Assembly: GCA_028280285.1 (NCBI GenBank)
Contig: JANQMA010000026.1
Span: 64,822-128,821, forward strand
Direction: 5' to 3'
From: Candidatus Omnitrophota bacterium
GTDB taxonomy: Bacteria > Omnitrophota > Gorgyraeia > Zapsychrales > Zapsychraceae
Length of the DNA stretch: 64,000 bases
The position numbers were made by a program, and so were the translations under genes. Under the pieces are notes generated by a model. That model worked only from the letters and a program-made list of their open reading frames with translations, searched no databases and was not told the origin of the DNA. Shown piece after piece: positions 19,504 through 30,103 of the stretch (position 1 is its first letter; each line of letters opens with the position of its first letter).

Positions 19504-21924
19504 ATGTTTAACCGATTTACCGAAAGAGCCAGAAAAGTTATCGTTTATGCGAAAGAAGAAGCCCGACGTTTTAATCACGACTATATTGGTACGGAACATT
19601 TATTATTAGGGCTTGTCCGTGAAGGCGAAGGTGTTGCTTCGGCCGTATTACAAAAGTTAGGTTTGGATTTAGAAACCATCCGTATTGAGGTGGAAAAACT
19701 CGTTCAGCCTGGACCGCAAACGCAAGTTTTGGGGGATATCCCATTTACGCCGCGTTCAAAAAAAGCGCTTGAGCTTTCCGCCGAAGAAGCACGTGCCTTG
19801 GGTCATAATTATATCGGCACCGAGCATCTTCTCTTGGGGCTTGTTAAAGAAGGCGAAGGTATGGCTTACCGGGTTCTGCTCAATCTTGGTCTTGACCTTG
19901 GTAAATTGCGCAATGAAGTGATGGAGCTTTTAGGCTCAGGTATTCCGGGATACACCGGAACCGAAGCCGCCAAAACAGGGGACAAAAGTCCCGCGATCGA
20001 TGCCTATGGGCGTAACTTAAATAAACTCGCCCGCGATGGCAAACTGGATCCGGTGATTGGGCGTAGTGAAGAAATTGACCGTATCCTTCAAATTTTGTGC
20101 CGCCGCTCTAAAAATAATCCTGTTCTTCTCGGAGAGGCCGGCGTTGGAAAAACAGCGATTGTTGAAGGGCTCGCCCAAAGAATTGAAAAAGGTGAAGTGC
20201 CGGAAATCTTAAGAGATAAAAAAATTATCATGCTTGATTTAGCGATGATGATTGCCGGAACAAAATACCGCGGGCAGTTTGAAGAACGGATTAAAGCGAT
20301 TATGGATGAGCTTAAACGTTCCGGAAAAATTATTCTTTTTATCGATGAGTTGCACACGCTTGTTGGCGCTGGGGCAGCGGAGGGCGCGATCGATGCGGCT
20401 AATATTTTAAAGCCGGCGCTCGCGCGTGGTGAGATCCAATGTATTGGGGCCACAACGCTTGATGAGTACCGTAAATATATCGAAAAAGACGCGGCGCTTG
20501 AAAGACGGTTTCAGACAATTACAGTTGATCAGCCGTCGGTTGATGAAGCCGTTCAAATTTTACACGGCCTACGTGATAAATACGAAGCGCATCACCGTGT
20601 TAAATTTTCCGATGAGTCGCTTGAGGCGGCCGTCCATTTATCGGAACGCTATATCTCAGGACGCGCCTTGCCGGATAAAGCGGTTGATATACTCGATGAA
20701 GCCGGCGCGCAGGCACGCCTTAAGGCCATGGTTGTGCCGCCTGATCTTAAAGAGCTAGAAGCGGAAATAGAATCGGCTAAACAGGAAAAAGAAGCATTTA
20801 TCAAATCGCAGGATTTTGAAAAGGCGGCGATGATGCGGGATAGAGAACGTGAGAATCGTCAAAAGCTTGATGATGTTAAAAACGAATGGGCGCAGGAGCG
20901 CGACAAAGTAACGCTTACCATCGGTTACGATGAAGTCGCCAAAGTTGTGTCCCAATGGACCAAGATTCCTCTTGTGCGCTTGGAGCAGGAAGAGAGTGAA
21001 CGCCTGCTTAAAATGGAGGAGTTTTTGAACAAACAAGTTATCGGTCAAGGTGATGCGATCGGGGCGATTGCCCGGGCGGTACGGCGTTCACGGGCAGGGA
21101 TTAAAGATCCTAAACGTCCGATTGGGTCATTTATATTTCTTGGCGCAACAGGTGTTGGTAAAACATTACTCGCCCAATCATTGGCCGAATTTATGTTTGG
21201 CAGTAAGGATTCGTTAATCCAGGTCGATATGTCGGAGTACATGGATAAATATAATGTTTCGCGTTTGATCGGAGCACCTCCGGGGTATGTCGGTTATGAA
21301 GAAGGTGGTCAGTTAACCGAGAAGGTTCGTCGCAAACCGTATTCGGTAATCCTGCTCGACGAAATCGAAAAGGCGCATCCGGATGTGTTTAATCTTCTTC
21401 TGCAAGTCTTTGAGGAAGGAAGATTAACAGATAGCTTGGGACGTAAAGTTGATTTTCGAAATACCGTTATTCTTATGACATCGAATATCGGAGTTGAACT
21501 TCTTAAAAGCCAAGGTTCGCTTGGGTTTGTTGAATCTAAAGAAAGCCTAAGTTATGAGGAGACAAAAGAAAAATTACTTGAAGCGGTTAAAAAGGCGTTT
21601 AAACCGGAATTTTTAAACCGGATTGACGATACCATTGTCTTCCGTTCACTTACGCGTGAAAACTTAGAAGATATTGTCAAAATCGAAGTGGATTATGTGG
21701 CTAAGCGTTTGGAAGATAAAGAAATTTCCATTGAGCTTGAAAAAGAAGCTTTCGCCCTTTTAACGGAAAAAGGATTTGATCCTGTTTATGGGGCGCGTCC
21801 TTTAAAAAGGACGATCCAGCGTTTGCTTGAGGATCCCCTGGCTGAGGAGATTATCTCTGGAGCATTCAAAAAAGGATCGGTTGTGAAAGTTAAACGTAAA
21901 AAAGATGAACTAGTATTTACTTAA
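19504..21924 (+). CDS. clpC: ATP-dependent Clp protease ATPase ClpC
   Basis: 806 aa with two N-terminal Clp repeats, two AAA+ modules (GEAGVGKT and GATGVGKT) and a UVR-like linker. Confidence 0.9.
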   Translation: MFNRFTERARKVIVYAKEEARRFNHDYIGTEHLLLGLVREGEGVASAVLQKLGLDLETIRIEVEKLVQPGPQTQVLGDIPFTPRSKKALELSAEEARALGHNYIGTEHLLLGLVKEGEGMAYRVLLNLGLDLGKLRNEVMELLGSGIPGYTGTEAAKTGDKSPAIDAYGRNLNKLARDGKLDPVIGRSEEIDRILQILCRRSKNNPVLLGEAGVGKTAIVEGLAQRIEKGEVPEILRDKKIIMLDLAMMIAGTKYRGQFEERIKAIMDELKRSGKIILFIDELHTLVGAGAAEGAIDAANILKPALARGEIQCIGATTLDEYRKYIEKDAALERRFQTITVDQPSVDEAVQILHGLRDKYEAHHRVKFSDESLEAAVHLSERYISGRALPDKAVDILDEAGAQARLKAMVVPPDLKELEAEIESAKQEKEAFIKSQDFEKAAMMRDRERENRQKLDDVKNEWAQERDKVTLTIGYDEVAKVVSQWTKIPLVRLEQEESERLLKMEEFLNKQVIGQGDAIGAIARAVRRSRAGIKDPKRPIGSFIFLGATGVGKTLLAQSLAEFMFGSKDSLIQVDMSEYMDKYNVSRLIGAPPGYVGYEEGGQLTEKVRRKPYSVILLDEIEKAHPDVFNLLLQVFEEGRLTDSLGRKVDFRNTVILMTSNIGVELLKSQGSLGFVESKESLSYEETKEKLLEAVKKAFKPEFLNRIDDTIVFRSLTRENLEDIVKIEVDYVAKRLEDKEISIELEKEAFALLTEKGFDPVYGARPLKRTIQRLLEDPLAEEIISGAFKKGSVVKVKRKKDELVFT

Positions 21925-21926
21925 AG

Positions 21927-22874
21927 ATGCACAAAGTAATTTGGTTTTTATTGTTTGTTATCCTGACAGCGGCATCCAGCGATGCCGCTGTTGTCTATCC
22001 TTTCGAGGGTGAATTTGATTTCCGCACCAAGGAGTTTAATATCACCGTTTTGTCGAAAGAAGATGGCAAGGCTGTTATTACTAACCGTTTGATCGAGGAC
22101 AAAGGTTATGAACTTTCCGCCAAAATCGATCATTTCAACACGGAGAGTTCCGATTTATCGAGTGATTTTACAGCTGTGTTCACTAAAAGCGTTGATGTCG
22201 ACAATGCCATTGTCTATAACGGAACGCTCAATACGCAATATATGCTGGTCGATTTTAAACCAATCCGTGAATTGTCAGGCGATTTTTTTATTAAAGATAA
22301 AGTTTTGACGTTTAGTTCGCTTAAATTCGGTGGTGTCAATTGTACGGGTTCTTTTGATTTTGAAAGTCCCCATGCGGTTAACCTGGCCATTAACATCGAC
22401 CGTATCCCGATGGATAAGTTTTTAGATGTCTGGCAGCCGAGTAGAACATATGATGCCGATGGTCTTGTTTCAGGCATCATAAAAGTAACCGGCGATTTGG
22501 ACGCTCTTTATCTTAAAGGCAAGTTAGACGGAGCGGATGGGTATATAAAAACTTTTGACTTTGACGAGATCCATTTGGATATCGAAGGGGTTTATCCCCA
22601 TTTGCAGATCGCCCAATCAAAGGTTCTTAAGAAAGACGGTTTGAATTTTGAATTTGAAGGGCCGATTAATTTGCGTGACCGGAAAAATTTTAAGAAACAA
22701 ATCAAAGAATTAACTTTTAAGCCGGTTGTGCGTGGATCAGAATCTGAAAGAGAATGGACGATACGCCAGGTTAAAGATGATTCAACGGGGGCAACCTCGC
22801 TTAAATATTTGCTGCGCAAAGAAACCGACGATGTATCGGGCATGCTCGGCATAGAAAAATCACTGGAATTTTAA
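21927..22874 (+). CDS. hypothetical secreted protein
   Basis: 315 aa with a signal peptide and no recognisable motif. It is inserted between clpC and radA. Confidence 0.45.
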   Translation: MHKVIWFLLFVILTAASSDAAVVYPFEGEFDFRTKEFNITVLSKEDGKAVITNRLIEDKGYELSAKIDHFNTESSDLSSDFTAVFTKSVDVDNAIVYNGTLNTQYMLVDFKPIRELSGDFFIKDKVLTFSSLKFGGVNCTGSFDFESPHAVNLAINIDRIPMDKFLDVWQPSRTYDADGLVSGIIKVTGDLDALYLKGKLDGADGYIKTFDFDEIHLDIEGVYPHLQIAQSKVLKKDGLNFEFEGPINLRDRKNFKKQIKELTFKPVVRGSESEREWTIRQVKDDSTGATSLKYLLRKETDDVSGMLGIEKSLEF

Positions 22875-24239
22875 ATGGTTAAAACGAAAACACTTTTTGT
22901 TTGTCAGGAATGCGGGTTTGAAACGCCTCGCTGGGAAGGGAAATGTTCAAGTTGCGGGGCATGGAATGCGTTTGTGGAAGAGGCTATGGTTCCCAAAGCG
23001 GCCAAGCAAAGTGCGGTTTTGCTTAAAAGTGATCCTGTTCAGCTAAAAGATGTGACAGGTGAAGATGACCGTCGGTATTTAACCGATATATCGGAGCTTG
23101 ACCGGGTGCTTGGTGGAGGCCTTGTACCGGGATCAGTTACGTTGATCGGCGGTGATCCGGGGATCGGTAAGTCAACACTTTCGCTTCAAATCGGGTGCAC
23201 ATTAAGCGAGAAACAAAAAAAGGTTCTTTATATAAGCGGCGAAGAATCGGTTAAACAAACTGCCTTGCGTGCTAACCGGATCAGCCCGAAGGATAAACAG
23301 TCACTTTACATCGTTAATCAGGTTGATCTAAATGTTATTCAGGAGCATATCCGCAAAATGCAACCGGATGTAGTTGTCATCGATTCGATTCAGGTTATCT
23401 ATCATCCCGATATCACATCGGCTCCGGGCAGTGTCAGTCAGGTTAGAGAGTGCGCGTCTATTTTAACACATACGGCCAAATCAATGGGTATGTCGCTTTT
23501 TATTATTGGACATGTGACCAAAGAAGGTGTGATTGCCGGGCCACGCGTGCTTGAACATATAGTGGATACGGTTTTGTATTTTGAAGGCGAGCGGTATTCG
23601 AGCTTTCGGATTTTACGCGCGATTAAAAACAGATTTGGCTCAACGAATGAAATGGGCGTGTTTGAAATGACAGGTGAGGGTTTGCTTGAGGTAACCAACC
23701 CTTCTGAAATATTTCTTTCGGAAAGACCGAAGGACACATCAGGCTCTGTTGTGGTGCCGATTATAGAAGGAACGCGGCCGTTTCTGGTTGAAATTCAGGG
23801 ATTGGTGAGTCGTTCCAGTTTCAGCATGGTGCGCCACAAGGCGCAAGGCTTCGATGCCAACCGTCTTGCTCTTCTTGTCGCAGTGCTTGAAAAAAGGCTT
23901 AATCTTAATTTGCAGGATAAAGATGTTTTCTTAAATGTCGTCGGAGGGGTTAAAATTGTCGATCCGTCGGCCGATTTGGCTGTGGCGATGGCGATTGCCT
24001 CGGCGTTATTAGATAAATCCATCCCGCATGATATGGCCGTTGTCGGTGAGGTTGGATTGTCTTCTGAAATTCGCAGTGTGTCACAGCTTGTTTTACGTAT
24101 TAATGAAGCCGATAAGCTTGGATTTAAACGGTGTATCGTCCCGGCTAATAATCTGAAGAATAAAGCCGCCTTGAAAAATAAATCGATTAAACTTATTGCG
24201 GTTTCCAATCTAAAAGAAGCGTTAGAAAACTTAATTTAA
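22875..24239 (+). CDS. radA: DNA repair protein RadA/Sms
   Basis: It has an N-terminal C4 zinc finger (CQECGFETPRWEGKCSSCGAWNAF), a RecA-like Walker A (GGDPGIGKST), KNRFG, and a Lon-like C-terminal domain. Confidence 0.9.
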   Translation: MVKTKTLFVCQECGFETPRWEGKCSSCGAWNAFVEEAMVPKAAKQSAVLLKSDPVQLKDVTGEDDRRYLTDISELDRVLGGGLVPGSVTLIGGDPGIGKSTLSLQIGCTLSEKQKKVLYISGEESVKQTALRANRISPKDKQSLYIVNQVDLNVIQEHIRKMQPDVVVIDSIQVIYHPDITSAPGSVSQVRECASILTHTAKSMGMSLFIIGHVTKEGVIAGPRVLEHIVDTVLYFEGERYSSFRILRAIKNRFGSTNEMGVFEMTGEGLLEVTNPSEIFLSERPKDTSGSVVVPIIEGTRPFLVEIQGLVSRSSFSMVRHKAQGFDANRLALLVAVLEKRLNLNLQDKDVFLNVVGGVKIVDPSADLAVAMAIASALLDKSIPHDMAVVGEVGLSSEIRSVSQLVLRINEADKLGFKRCIVPANNLKNKAALKNKSIKLIAVSNLKEALENLI

Positions 24240-24260
24240 AACAGAAGAAGGGAGAAGGTA

Positions 24261-25238
24261 ATGACCTTATCTTTTATTCGGATTTTATTTATCTTAACCA
24301 GCGGGGTTGTCGGTTATTATGTCGGCACCATATTAAATGAGGAAATTTTAGGCGCGCAGGCAGGGTGTTTACTTGGCCTTGTGGTCATCTTTTTGGAGCA
24401 AAGATTGCAGCGTGTGTCGATGAGTGGACTATCGAGTGTCGTATTCGGTTTGATTCTCGGTATTTTTATGGCGAAACTTATTTCCGCCATTTTGCAACTA
24501 TTGCCTTTGGATGTCTTCACTCTGTCAGTTTCAGAAATTATTATAACATTGATATTTTCTTATATTGGAGCAACCATGGCGTTGCGCGGGAAAGACGAGT
24601 TTAATATTATTATTCCGTATGTGCGTTTTAAGCGGCAAGCCGTTAATGAGAATATAATACTTCTTGATACAAGTGTTTTGATTGACGGGCGTGTGCATGC
24701 GATCTATTTGACTCATTTTTTATCAGGACGATTGGTTGTGCCAAGTTCAGTTTTACAGGAACTGCAGACACTCGCTGATGATGAGAATCCTCTTAAACAC
24801 GAGAAAGGGCGCCGCGGACTCGACTTGGTCAGTCAAATGCTCCATGATAGCAAGATTGAAATCAAAGTCCATGATGATACGTATGATTCGGGCGATTGTG
24901 CGGACGATAAATTACTCATGCTGGCCAAGATGATGGACGGAAGTATTTGTACGACGGACTATAATTTAGGGCGTGTGGCGATCGCGCAGAATATTGAAGT
25001 ATTAAATATAAATGAGCTTGTCGAAGCGGTTAAGCCGTCATTACATAACGGCGATGAGTTTTCTTTGAAGTTATCTAAACCGGGCCGAGAAAAAGACCAG
25101 GCCGTCGGATATATGGAAGACGGCACGATGGTTGTTGTGAAAGATGCTAGAGATAAAATCGGCGAAGAGGTTTCTGTTGAGGTGACTTCTACTTTGCAGA
25201 CGCAAACAGGCCGTATGATCTTTGCCAAATTAATTTAG
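24261..25238 (+). CDS. yacL: membrane-anchored PIN + TRAM domain protein (YacL-like)
   Basis: It has N-terminal TM helices, a PIN domain (ILLDTSVLIDGR) and a C-terminal TRAM-like domain. It sits in the position YacL occupies after radA in Firmicutes. Confidence 0.75.
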   Translation: MTLSFIRILFILTSGVVGYYVGTILNEEILGAQAGCLLGLVVIFLEQRLQRVSMSGLSSVVFGLILGIFMAKLISAILQLLPLDVFTLSVSEIIITLIFSYIGATMALRGKDEFNIIIPYVRFKRQAVNENIILLDTSVLIDGRVHAIYLTHFLSGRLVVPSSVLQELQTLADDENPLKHEKGRRGLDLVSQMLHDSKIEIKVHDDTYDSGDCADDKLLMLAKMMDGSICTTDYNLGRVAIAQNIEVLNINELVEAVKPSLHNGDEFSLKLSKPGREKDQAVGYMEDGTMVVVKDARDKIGEEVSVEVTSTLQTQTGRMIFAKLI

Positions 25239-25243
25239 GATAA

Positions 25244-25921
25244 GTGATGAAGGTTCAAGCAATCATTCCGTGCGCCGGTATCGGGGCAAGGCTTAAAACA
25301 CAGCAGGCGAAATCTCTTATTGATTTGGGTGGACAGCCATTATTTATTCATACTATAAAAGCCTTTGTCACTGCAGAGTCTGTCGACAGCATCATTTTGG
25401 TTGTCCATAAAGATCAAAAACAAAGCATGGAAGATGCTTTAAGTGAGTATGGCTTTGGTCAAGATATCAAGGTTGTGCTCGGCGGCGCAACGCGCCGTGC
25501 GTCTGTTCATAATGGTCTAAAGGCTTGTGATGATGATACCAGTGTAATAGTTGTTCACGACGGGGCCAGGCCGTTGATTGCCTCCGGTCTTATTGATGAG
25601 GCGGTCAAGATGTGCGCAACCAAAAAAGCCGTTATTGTTGCTGTTCCGGTTAAATCGACGATCAAATCAGTGTCTGAAGGTCAGGTGACCGCAACACCTA
25701 AACGCTGCGATCTATGGGAAGTCCAAACGCCGCAGGTTTTTGATAAAGATTTATTACTTACCGCGCATAATTTGGATATCAATCAAGAAGCAACTGATGA
25801 TGCCATGTTGGTTGAGCAGTCTGGCCAGAGTGTGTATGTGATGGCAGGCAGTGACCGTAATATAAAAGTGACAACGCAAGAGGATTTAATCGTAGCAGAG
25901 GCGTTTTTAAAATCAGAATAA
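25244..25921 (+). CDS. ispD: 2-C-methyl-D-erythritol 4-phosphate cytidylyltransferase
   Basis: The N-terminus IIPCAGIGARL and the VVHDGARP motif mark it as IspD, and it is followed by ispF. Confidence 0.85.
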   Translation: MMKVQAIIPCAGIGARLKTQQAKSLIDLGGQPLFIHTIKAFVTAESVDSIILVVHKDQKQSMEDALSEYGFGQDIKVVLGGATRRASVHNGLKACDDDTSVIVVHDGARPLIASGLIDEAVKMCATKKAVIVAVPVKSTIKSVSEGQVTATPKRCDLWEVQTPQVFDKDLLLTAHNLDINQEATDDAMLVEQSGQSVYVMAGSDRNIKVTTQEDLIVAEAFLKSE

Positions 25922-25933
25922 AAAAGAATCAAA

Positions 25934-25998
25934 GCGTCGTTAGTTGTTGGTCATTAGTCATTAGTCATTGGAGGACGAATGACTAAAGACCAGACGCA
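25934..25998. repeat. imperfect palindrome (gcgtcgttagttgttggtcattagtcattagtcatt ... aatgactaaagaccagacgc)
   Basis: It lies in the ispD/ispF intergenic region and contains a gttagttgttgg unit and a tandem tcattag unit. Confidence 0.6.
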
Positions 25999-26028
25999 AC
26001 ATTGTTATTGACTAGTAGGAGTACAAGC

Positions 26029-26508
26029 ATGCGATTCAAAACAGGATTAGGATACGATATTCATAAATTTGTCAACGGGCGTAAATGTATTTTAGGCGGT
26101 GTTGAGCTTCCTTATGAAAAAGGGCTTGATGGTCATTCGGATGCGGATGTTGTGCTGCATGCCGTGTGTGATGCGATTCTAGGCGCGCTTGGCCGTGGAG
26201 ATATCGGTGAGCACTTTCCGAATACCGATCCTGCGTATAAGGATATTGCGTCGATTGAATTATTAAAAAAGGTAGGCGATCAGTTGGCCTCATCGGGATA
26301 TGTGTTAAGCAATGTCGATATTATGATTCAGGCCGAAGCGCCGAAACTTAATCCTCATAAGACGCAGATGCGCACAAACATTGCACAGACACTTGGGATC
26401 GATTTAGAGGATGTTAATATCAAAGCAACAACACAAGAAGGCTTGGGGGCTATAGGCCAGGCGCAAGGCATTGCCGCTTTTGCGGGAGTTTTGATTTATA
26501 AGAATTAG
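26029..26508 (+). CDS. ispF: 2-C-methyl-D-erythritol 2,4-cyclodiphosphate synthase
   Basis: The IspF motifs GLGYDIHKF, HSDADVVLHA and GDIGEHFPNTDP are present. Confidence 0.9.
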   Translation: MRFKTGLGYDIHKFVNGRKCILGGVELPYEKGLDGHSDADVVLHAVCDAILGALGRGDIGEHFPNTDPAYKDIASIELLKKVGDQLASSGYVLSNVDIMIQAEAPKLNPHKTQMRTNIAQTLGIDLEDVNIKATTQEGLGAIGQAQGIAAFAGVLIYKN

Positions 26509-26512
26509 ATGG

Positions 26513-26580
26513 GTCTGTTTATTGTTTAATGTTTAAAGTTTGGGTGATGTAATAAACAATAAACATTAAACTTTAAACGG
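26513..26580. repeat. palindrome of the gttta-unit family (tgtttattgtttaatgtttaaagttt ... aaacaataaacattaaactttaaacgg)
   Basis: It lies in the ispF/cysE intergenic region and belongs to the same family as 55371-55426. Confidence 0.7.
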
Positions 26581-26625
26581 ACTTGGAGTTATTTTATTAA
26601 TATATTTTTTAACAGGTAGGAAATC

Positions 26626-27333
26626 ATGGGATTCATAGGTTTTATTTTTACATTATTTTTAATCACGCTTGCCTTTAGTTTACTGGCGGCTGTCTTTTTT
26701 GCCGAGGAGATTAAATCAACACGGGAAAAAGATCCGGCGGCAGGCGGCTATTTGCAGATTATTCTGCTTTATCCGGGTTTGCATGCGCTCATGGCGCATC
26801 GGATCAATCATCGTTTATGGAAACTAAAATTCCAGTTTTTGGCGCGGCTCTTGTCACAAATAGTCCGTTTTATAACCGGCATTGAAATTCATCCCGGAGC
26901 GCAAATCGGTAAAGGGCTGTTTATCGATCATGGGATGGGTGTTGTGATTGGTGAGACGACTATTGTCGGTGATGATGTGACTCTTTTTCAAGGCGTGACA
27001 CTCGGCGGGACAGGTAAAGAATGCGGCAAAAGGCATCCGACCATCGGCAATAATGTGGTCATCGGAGCCGGGGCTAAAGTGCTTGGCAACATAACGGTTG
27101 GGGATAGTTCTTATATTGGAGCCAATGCGGTTATTTTAAAAGATATTCCTAACAATGCGACGGTGGTTGGTGTGCCGGGGCGTGTGGCCAAACATGAAGG
27201 CAAAAAGGTTGATTCATTGGATCATGTGCACATTGCCGATCCGGTTATGGTGCATATGCGTGATTTGATCAAACGCGTTAAACATTTGGAAAAACACGAA
27301 GAAAACCAAGGCGAAAATGGCGATGGCATTTAA
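26626..27333 (+). CDS. cysE: serine O-acetyltransferase
   Basis: It aligns along its length with the short-form CysE (DPAA...GLHA...[30 protein letters not shown], hexapeptide repeats). It carries an unusual hydrophobic N-terminal extension of about 20 aa. Confidence 0.85.
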   Translation: MGFIGFIFTLFLITLAFSLLAAVFFAEEIKSTREKDPAAGGYLQIILLYPGLHALMAHRINHRLWKLKFQFLARLLSQIVRFITGIEIHPGAQIGKGLFIDHGMGVVIGETTIVGDDVTLFQGVTLGGTGKECGKRHPTIGNNVVIGAGAKVLGNITVGDSSYIGANAVILKDIPNNATVVGVPGRVAKHEGKKVDSLDHVHIADPVMVHMRDLIKRVKHLEKHEENQGENGDGI

Positions 27334-27948
27334 GGGTAAATTTATTACGTTTGAAGGCTCCGAAGGTTCAGGCAAGAGCACGCAGATGGCATTGCTTAAA
27401 AAATATCTTCAGAAAAGAAAGTGTAAGGTTATTGTTTTGCGTGAGCCCGGTGGCGTTAAGATCAGCGAGACGGTAAGGCGTATTCTTTTGGATACAAAAA
27501 ATAAGGAGATGAATAAAATCTGTGAGACGCTGCTTTACATGGCGGCGCGTGCTCAGCTCGTCGAAGAAAAACTGATTCCGGCCCTTAAAGAAGGTAAGGT
27601 TATTCTTTGTGACCGTTTTTTGGATTCAACCGTTGTTTATCAAGGATACGGCTGCGGGATTGATATTAAGACGGTGCAGTCTATCGGTAAGTTTGCCACG
27701 CAGGCATTGAGCCGGATATGACACTGTTTTTTGATATTGATGTTAAAAAAGGCATGAAGCGTATTCAAAACCGTAAACTGGACCGCATTGAGCAGCGCAC
27801 GCTTAATTATCACAATAAGGTACGCCGTGGTTATTTGGATATGGCACGTAAATATCCCAGGCGGATTAAGGCGATCAAGGTTGATCGATCGATTGATGAG
27901 ATTCATGAGGTTGTTAAAAAATACGTAAATAAAATATTAAAATTGTAG
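27317..27948 (+). pseudogene. tmk: thymidylate kinase interrupted by a -1 frameshift near nt 27708-27715
   Basis: The 27317..27721 ORF carries the P-loop FITFEGSEGSGKST and DRF-DST-YQG. The 27718..27948 ORF in another frame begins with the expected continuation PDMTLFFDIDV...R-DRIE. One base is missing around gagccggat. Confidence 0.7.
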
Positions 27949-28007
27949 GGGCGGCTCGTGAGCCGCCCTAATATGTCGATAAATTAGGGTCGCTCGCGAG
28001 CGACCCG
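27948..28007. repeat. nested GC-rich hairpins (gggcggctc gtg gagccgccc, ctaat...attag, gggtcgctc gc gagcgaccc)
   Basis: Two perfect 9-bp GC stems are joined by a third inverted repeat, in the tmk/holB intergenic region. No U tract follows. Confidence 0.7.
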
Positions 28008-28028
28008 TACAATATTAATATAATTCTT

Positions 28029-29006
28029 ATGGCAACACAGGCTATTTCAATTCACGAAAATATTTTAAAAAGGTTCGCCGATTTAGAGGCAAAAGGCTGC
28101 CTGGCCCACGCCTATCTTTTCGTCGGGCCGCATGATGTGGGGAAAAGCGAAACGGCATTGGCGGTTGCCAAACTGCTTAACTGCGAAGATCAAGCAAGTG
28201 TTAGTCAAGGCACTTTTTGCGGGACATGTCCTAATTGTGTAAAAATAGAAGCCGGGACTCATCCGGATGTGCGTGTCATTCAAGCAGAACCGGGTGAAAA
28301 AATCAAAATCGAAGCTGTCCGGGATATATTGGGCCAAATTAAACTCAAGGCGTTTTTCGCACGGAAAAAAATATTTATTATTAAGAACGCGGATCTTTTT
28401 ACGCCGGAGGCGGCGAACGCGCTTTTAAAAACGCTTGAGGAACCGTCGGATAACAGCCTTTTGATTTTAACCAGCGCGGTGATGGAAAATATTTTACCGA
28501 CGGTCAAATCCCGTTGTCATTTGGTCAGGTTTCTGCCGTTTAGCAGCGATGAGTTAGAGGCGAAGCTCGTTCACGAGCAGGGCGAAAATAAACAGGATGC
28601 GCATTTCTTAGCTTATTACGCGCAAGGGTGTTTCAACAAAGCGCTCCGTTTGAAAGACAGCGGTGCGATCGCGGATAAAAACAATATGATCGATCAATTT
28701 ATTTTAAATCGCAACAGTGATGACTATATGAAAAAGATTTTGGCGGATAAAGAGAAAACGCGCGCGTTTTTAGAAGTCCTTTTAAGCTGGACGCGCGATG
28801 CGATTTTGCTTAAAAGCGGGGGTGCCGAGCAGATGATTATCCATTTGGATCGTAAAGCAGATTTAAACACTTTCGCTAAGAAATTTAGTTTCGCAGAATT
28901 AACACATTTGGAGGAAGACATCGTTCAAATGTTTAAGATGCTTGTGGAAAATTTTAACCTTAAAATTCCACTGGCGATTATAAAGGAGCGCATATGGGCA
29001 AATTAG
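28029..29006 (+). CDS. holB: DNA polymerase III subunit delta'
   Basis: It has an AAA+ clamp-loader fold (HAYLFVGPHDVGK), a zinc module (CGTCPNCVKIEAGTHPD) and SRC (TVKSRCHLVRF). Confidence 0.8.
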   Translation: MATQAISIHENILKRFADLEAKGCLAHAYLFVGPHDVGKSETALAVAKLLNCEDQASVSQGTFCGTCPNCVKIEAGTHPDVRVIQAEPGEKIKIEAVRDILGQIKLKAFFARKKIFIIKNADLFTPEAANALLKTLEEPSDNSLLILTSAVMENILPTVKSRCHLVRFLPFSSDELEAKLVHEQGENKQDAHFLAYYAQGCFNKALRLKDSGAIADKNNMIDQFILNRNSDDYMKKILADKEKTRAFLEVLLSWTRDAILLKSGGAEQMIIHLDRKADLNTFAKKFSFAELTHLEEDIVQMFKMLVENFNLKIPLAIIKERIWAN

Positions 29007-29785
29007 TGCAAGTCCAGCTGGGCGAATACAGACAAGCCCAGTTTTATGACTTAAATAATATAGAATGTAAACGCGGTGACTATGTTGTGCTTGAGGTCGA
29101 TCGTGGCAGTGAGTTTGGCCAGGTGATAACGGATGTTGAAAATACCTGCGCAGGTAAAACAGATCAGGCTAAGGGAAAAATTATAAGGAAATGCACCAAC
29201 GGAGATCTTAAGCAGATCGAAAATAATCGCGGTAAAGCGCGCGATGCTATCGGTATCTGCAGCCGTAAAATTACCGATCGCAAGCTCGATATGCAATTGG
29301 TCAAGGCCGAGTATGTCTTTGACAGCAGTAAAATCATTTTCTTTTTTACGGCCGACGGACGGGTGGATTTTAGAAATCTTGTGAAAGACTTGGCGCGTGT
29401 TTTTCGTGTGCGCATCGAGCTTAAACAAATCGGTGTGCGGGATAAAGCAAAGATTATAAGCGGTTACGGCGTGTGTGGGCGTGAGCTTTGCTGTTCTTCT
29501 TATATGCTTGATTTTCATCAACTGTCGATCAAGATGGCGAAAGAACAAGGCCTGCCGCTTAATCCTTCGCGGATTTCCGGTGTGTGCGGGCGGATTAAAT
29601 GCTGCATGGCCTATGAGTTTGATGTGTATAAGCAATACACCAAGCATCTTCCAAGGGTAGGTGAGACCGTTAGTACGCCGGAGGGTAAGGGCAAGGTGGT
29701 TGAGCTTAACGTGCTTAAAAAATACGCCAATGTCGATGTGGGCGAGGGGAAAGTCGTTCGCAAGGACTATGTGTTTAGCGTGTAA
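28994..29785 (+). CDS. ricT: PSP1 domain protein (YaaT/RicT-like)
   Basis: The PSP1 C-terminal domain with conserved Cys pairs (CGRELCCSSY, CGRIKCC) is present, and it follows holB as in Bacillus tmk-holB-yaaT. Confidence 0.75.
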   Translation: MGKLVQVQLGEYRQAQFYDLNNIECKRGDYVVLEVDRGSEFGQVITDVENTCAGKTDQAKGKIIRKCTNGDLKQIENNRGKARDAIGICSRKITDRKLDMQLVKAEYVFDSSKIIFFFTADGRVDFRNLVKDLARVFRVRIELKQIGVRDKAKIISGYGVCGRELCCSSYMLDFHQLSIKMAKEQGLPLNPSRISGVCGRIKCCMAYEFDVYKQYTKHLPRVGETVSTPEGKGKVVELNVLKKYANVDVGEGKVVRKDYVFSV

Positions 29786-29796
29786 TTACAAATTAA

Positions 29797-30092
29797 AAAG
29801 TAAAAAGTCAAAAATAAAATGAAAAAATGAAATAAATTTATAAAGTAAAATTAAAATTCGTATTTGGTAGTTAGTAATTGGTAATTGGTTTTCTAAAAAA
29901 TAATAATTTAAAAATGATATATTATTGTGCCAAGCAAAAAATATTAAAACTCTTGAAATCCATTTTCTATTATGAATCCGATTTATAAATTGTTCACCAA
30001 TTACCAAATACCAATTACTAAATACATTTTTTATTTTTTATTTTCTTTCAATTTTTTAATTTTCTCTTTTAATTTTTATTTCACATTTTTGA
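29797..30092. repeat. long AT-rich inverted repeat of the same family as 17296-17478, with a ~110-bp central insert
   Basis: The arm core cgtatttggtagttagtaattggtaattgg matches ccaattaccaaataccaattactaaatac on the other side. The arms carry phased A-tracts. It lies in the yaaT/metG intergenic region. Confidence 0.75.
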
Positions 30093-30103
30093 ATTAATAA
30101 CTT

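Noticed and set aside
25978-26010. 10-codon mini-ORF (MTKDQTQHCY*) with a perfect GGAGGA RBS inside the ispD/ispF palindrome
   Set aside because: It is short and has no conserved counterpart. The SD-like GGAGG probably arises from the palindrome sequence itself. It is noted only because a similar SD-led 10-codon ORF occurs at about 37481.
26626-26700. Hydrophobic ~20-aa N-terminal extension on CysE suggesting a membrane anchor
   Set aside because: It could be real, but no alternative in-frame start was found and the RBS supports the ATG at 26626. There is not enough evidence to claim membrane localisation. It is recorded as a curiosity only.
29786-30007. 73-aa minus-strand ORF in the centre of the large AT-rich inverted repeat
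   Set aside because: It has an extreme AT-rich composition (F/I/L/N/Y-rich) typical of spurious ORFs in AT-rich non-coding DNA.
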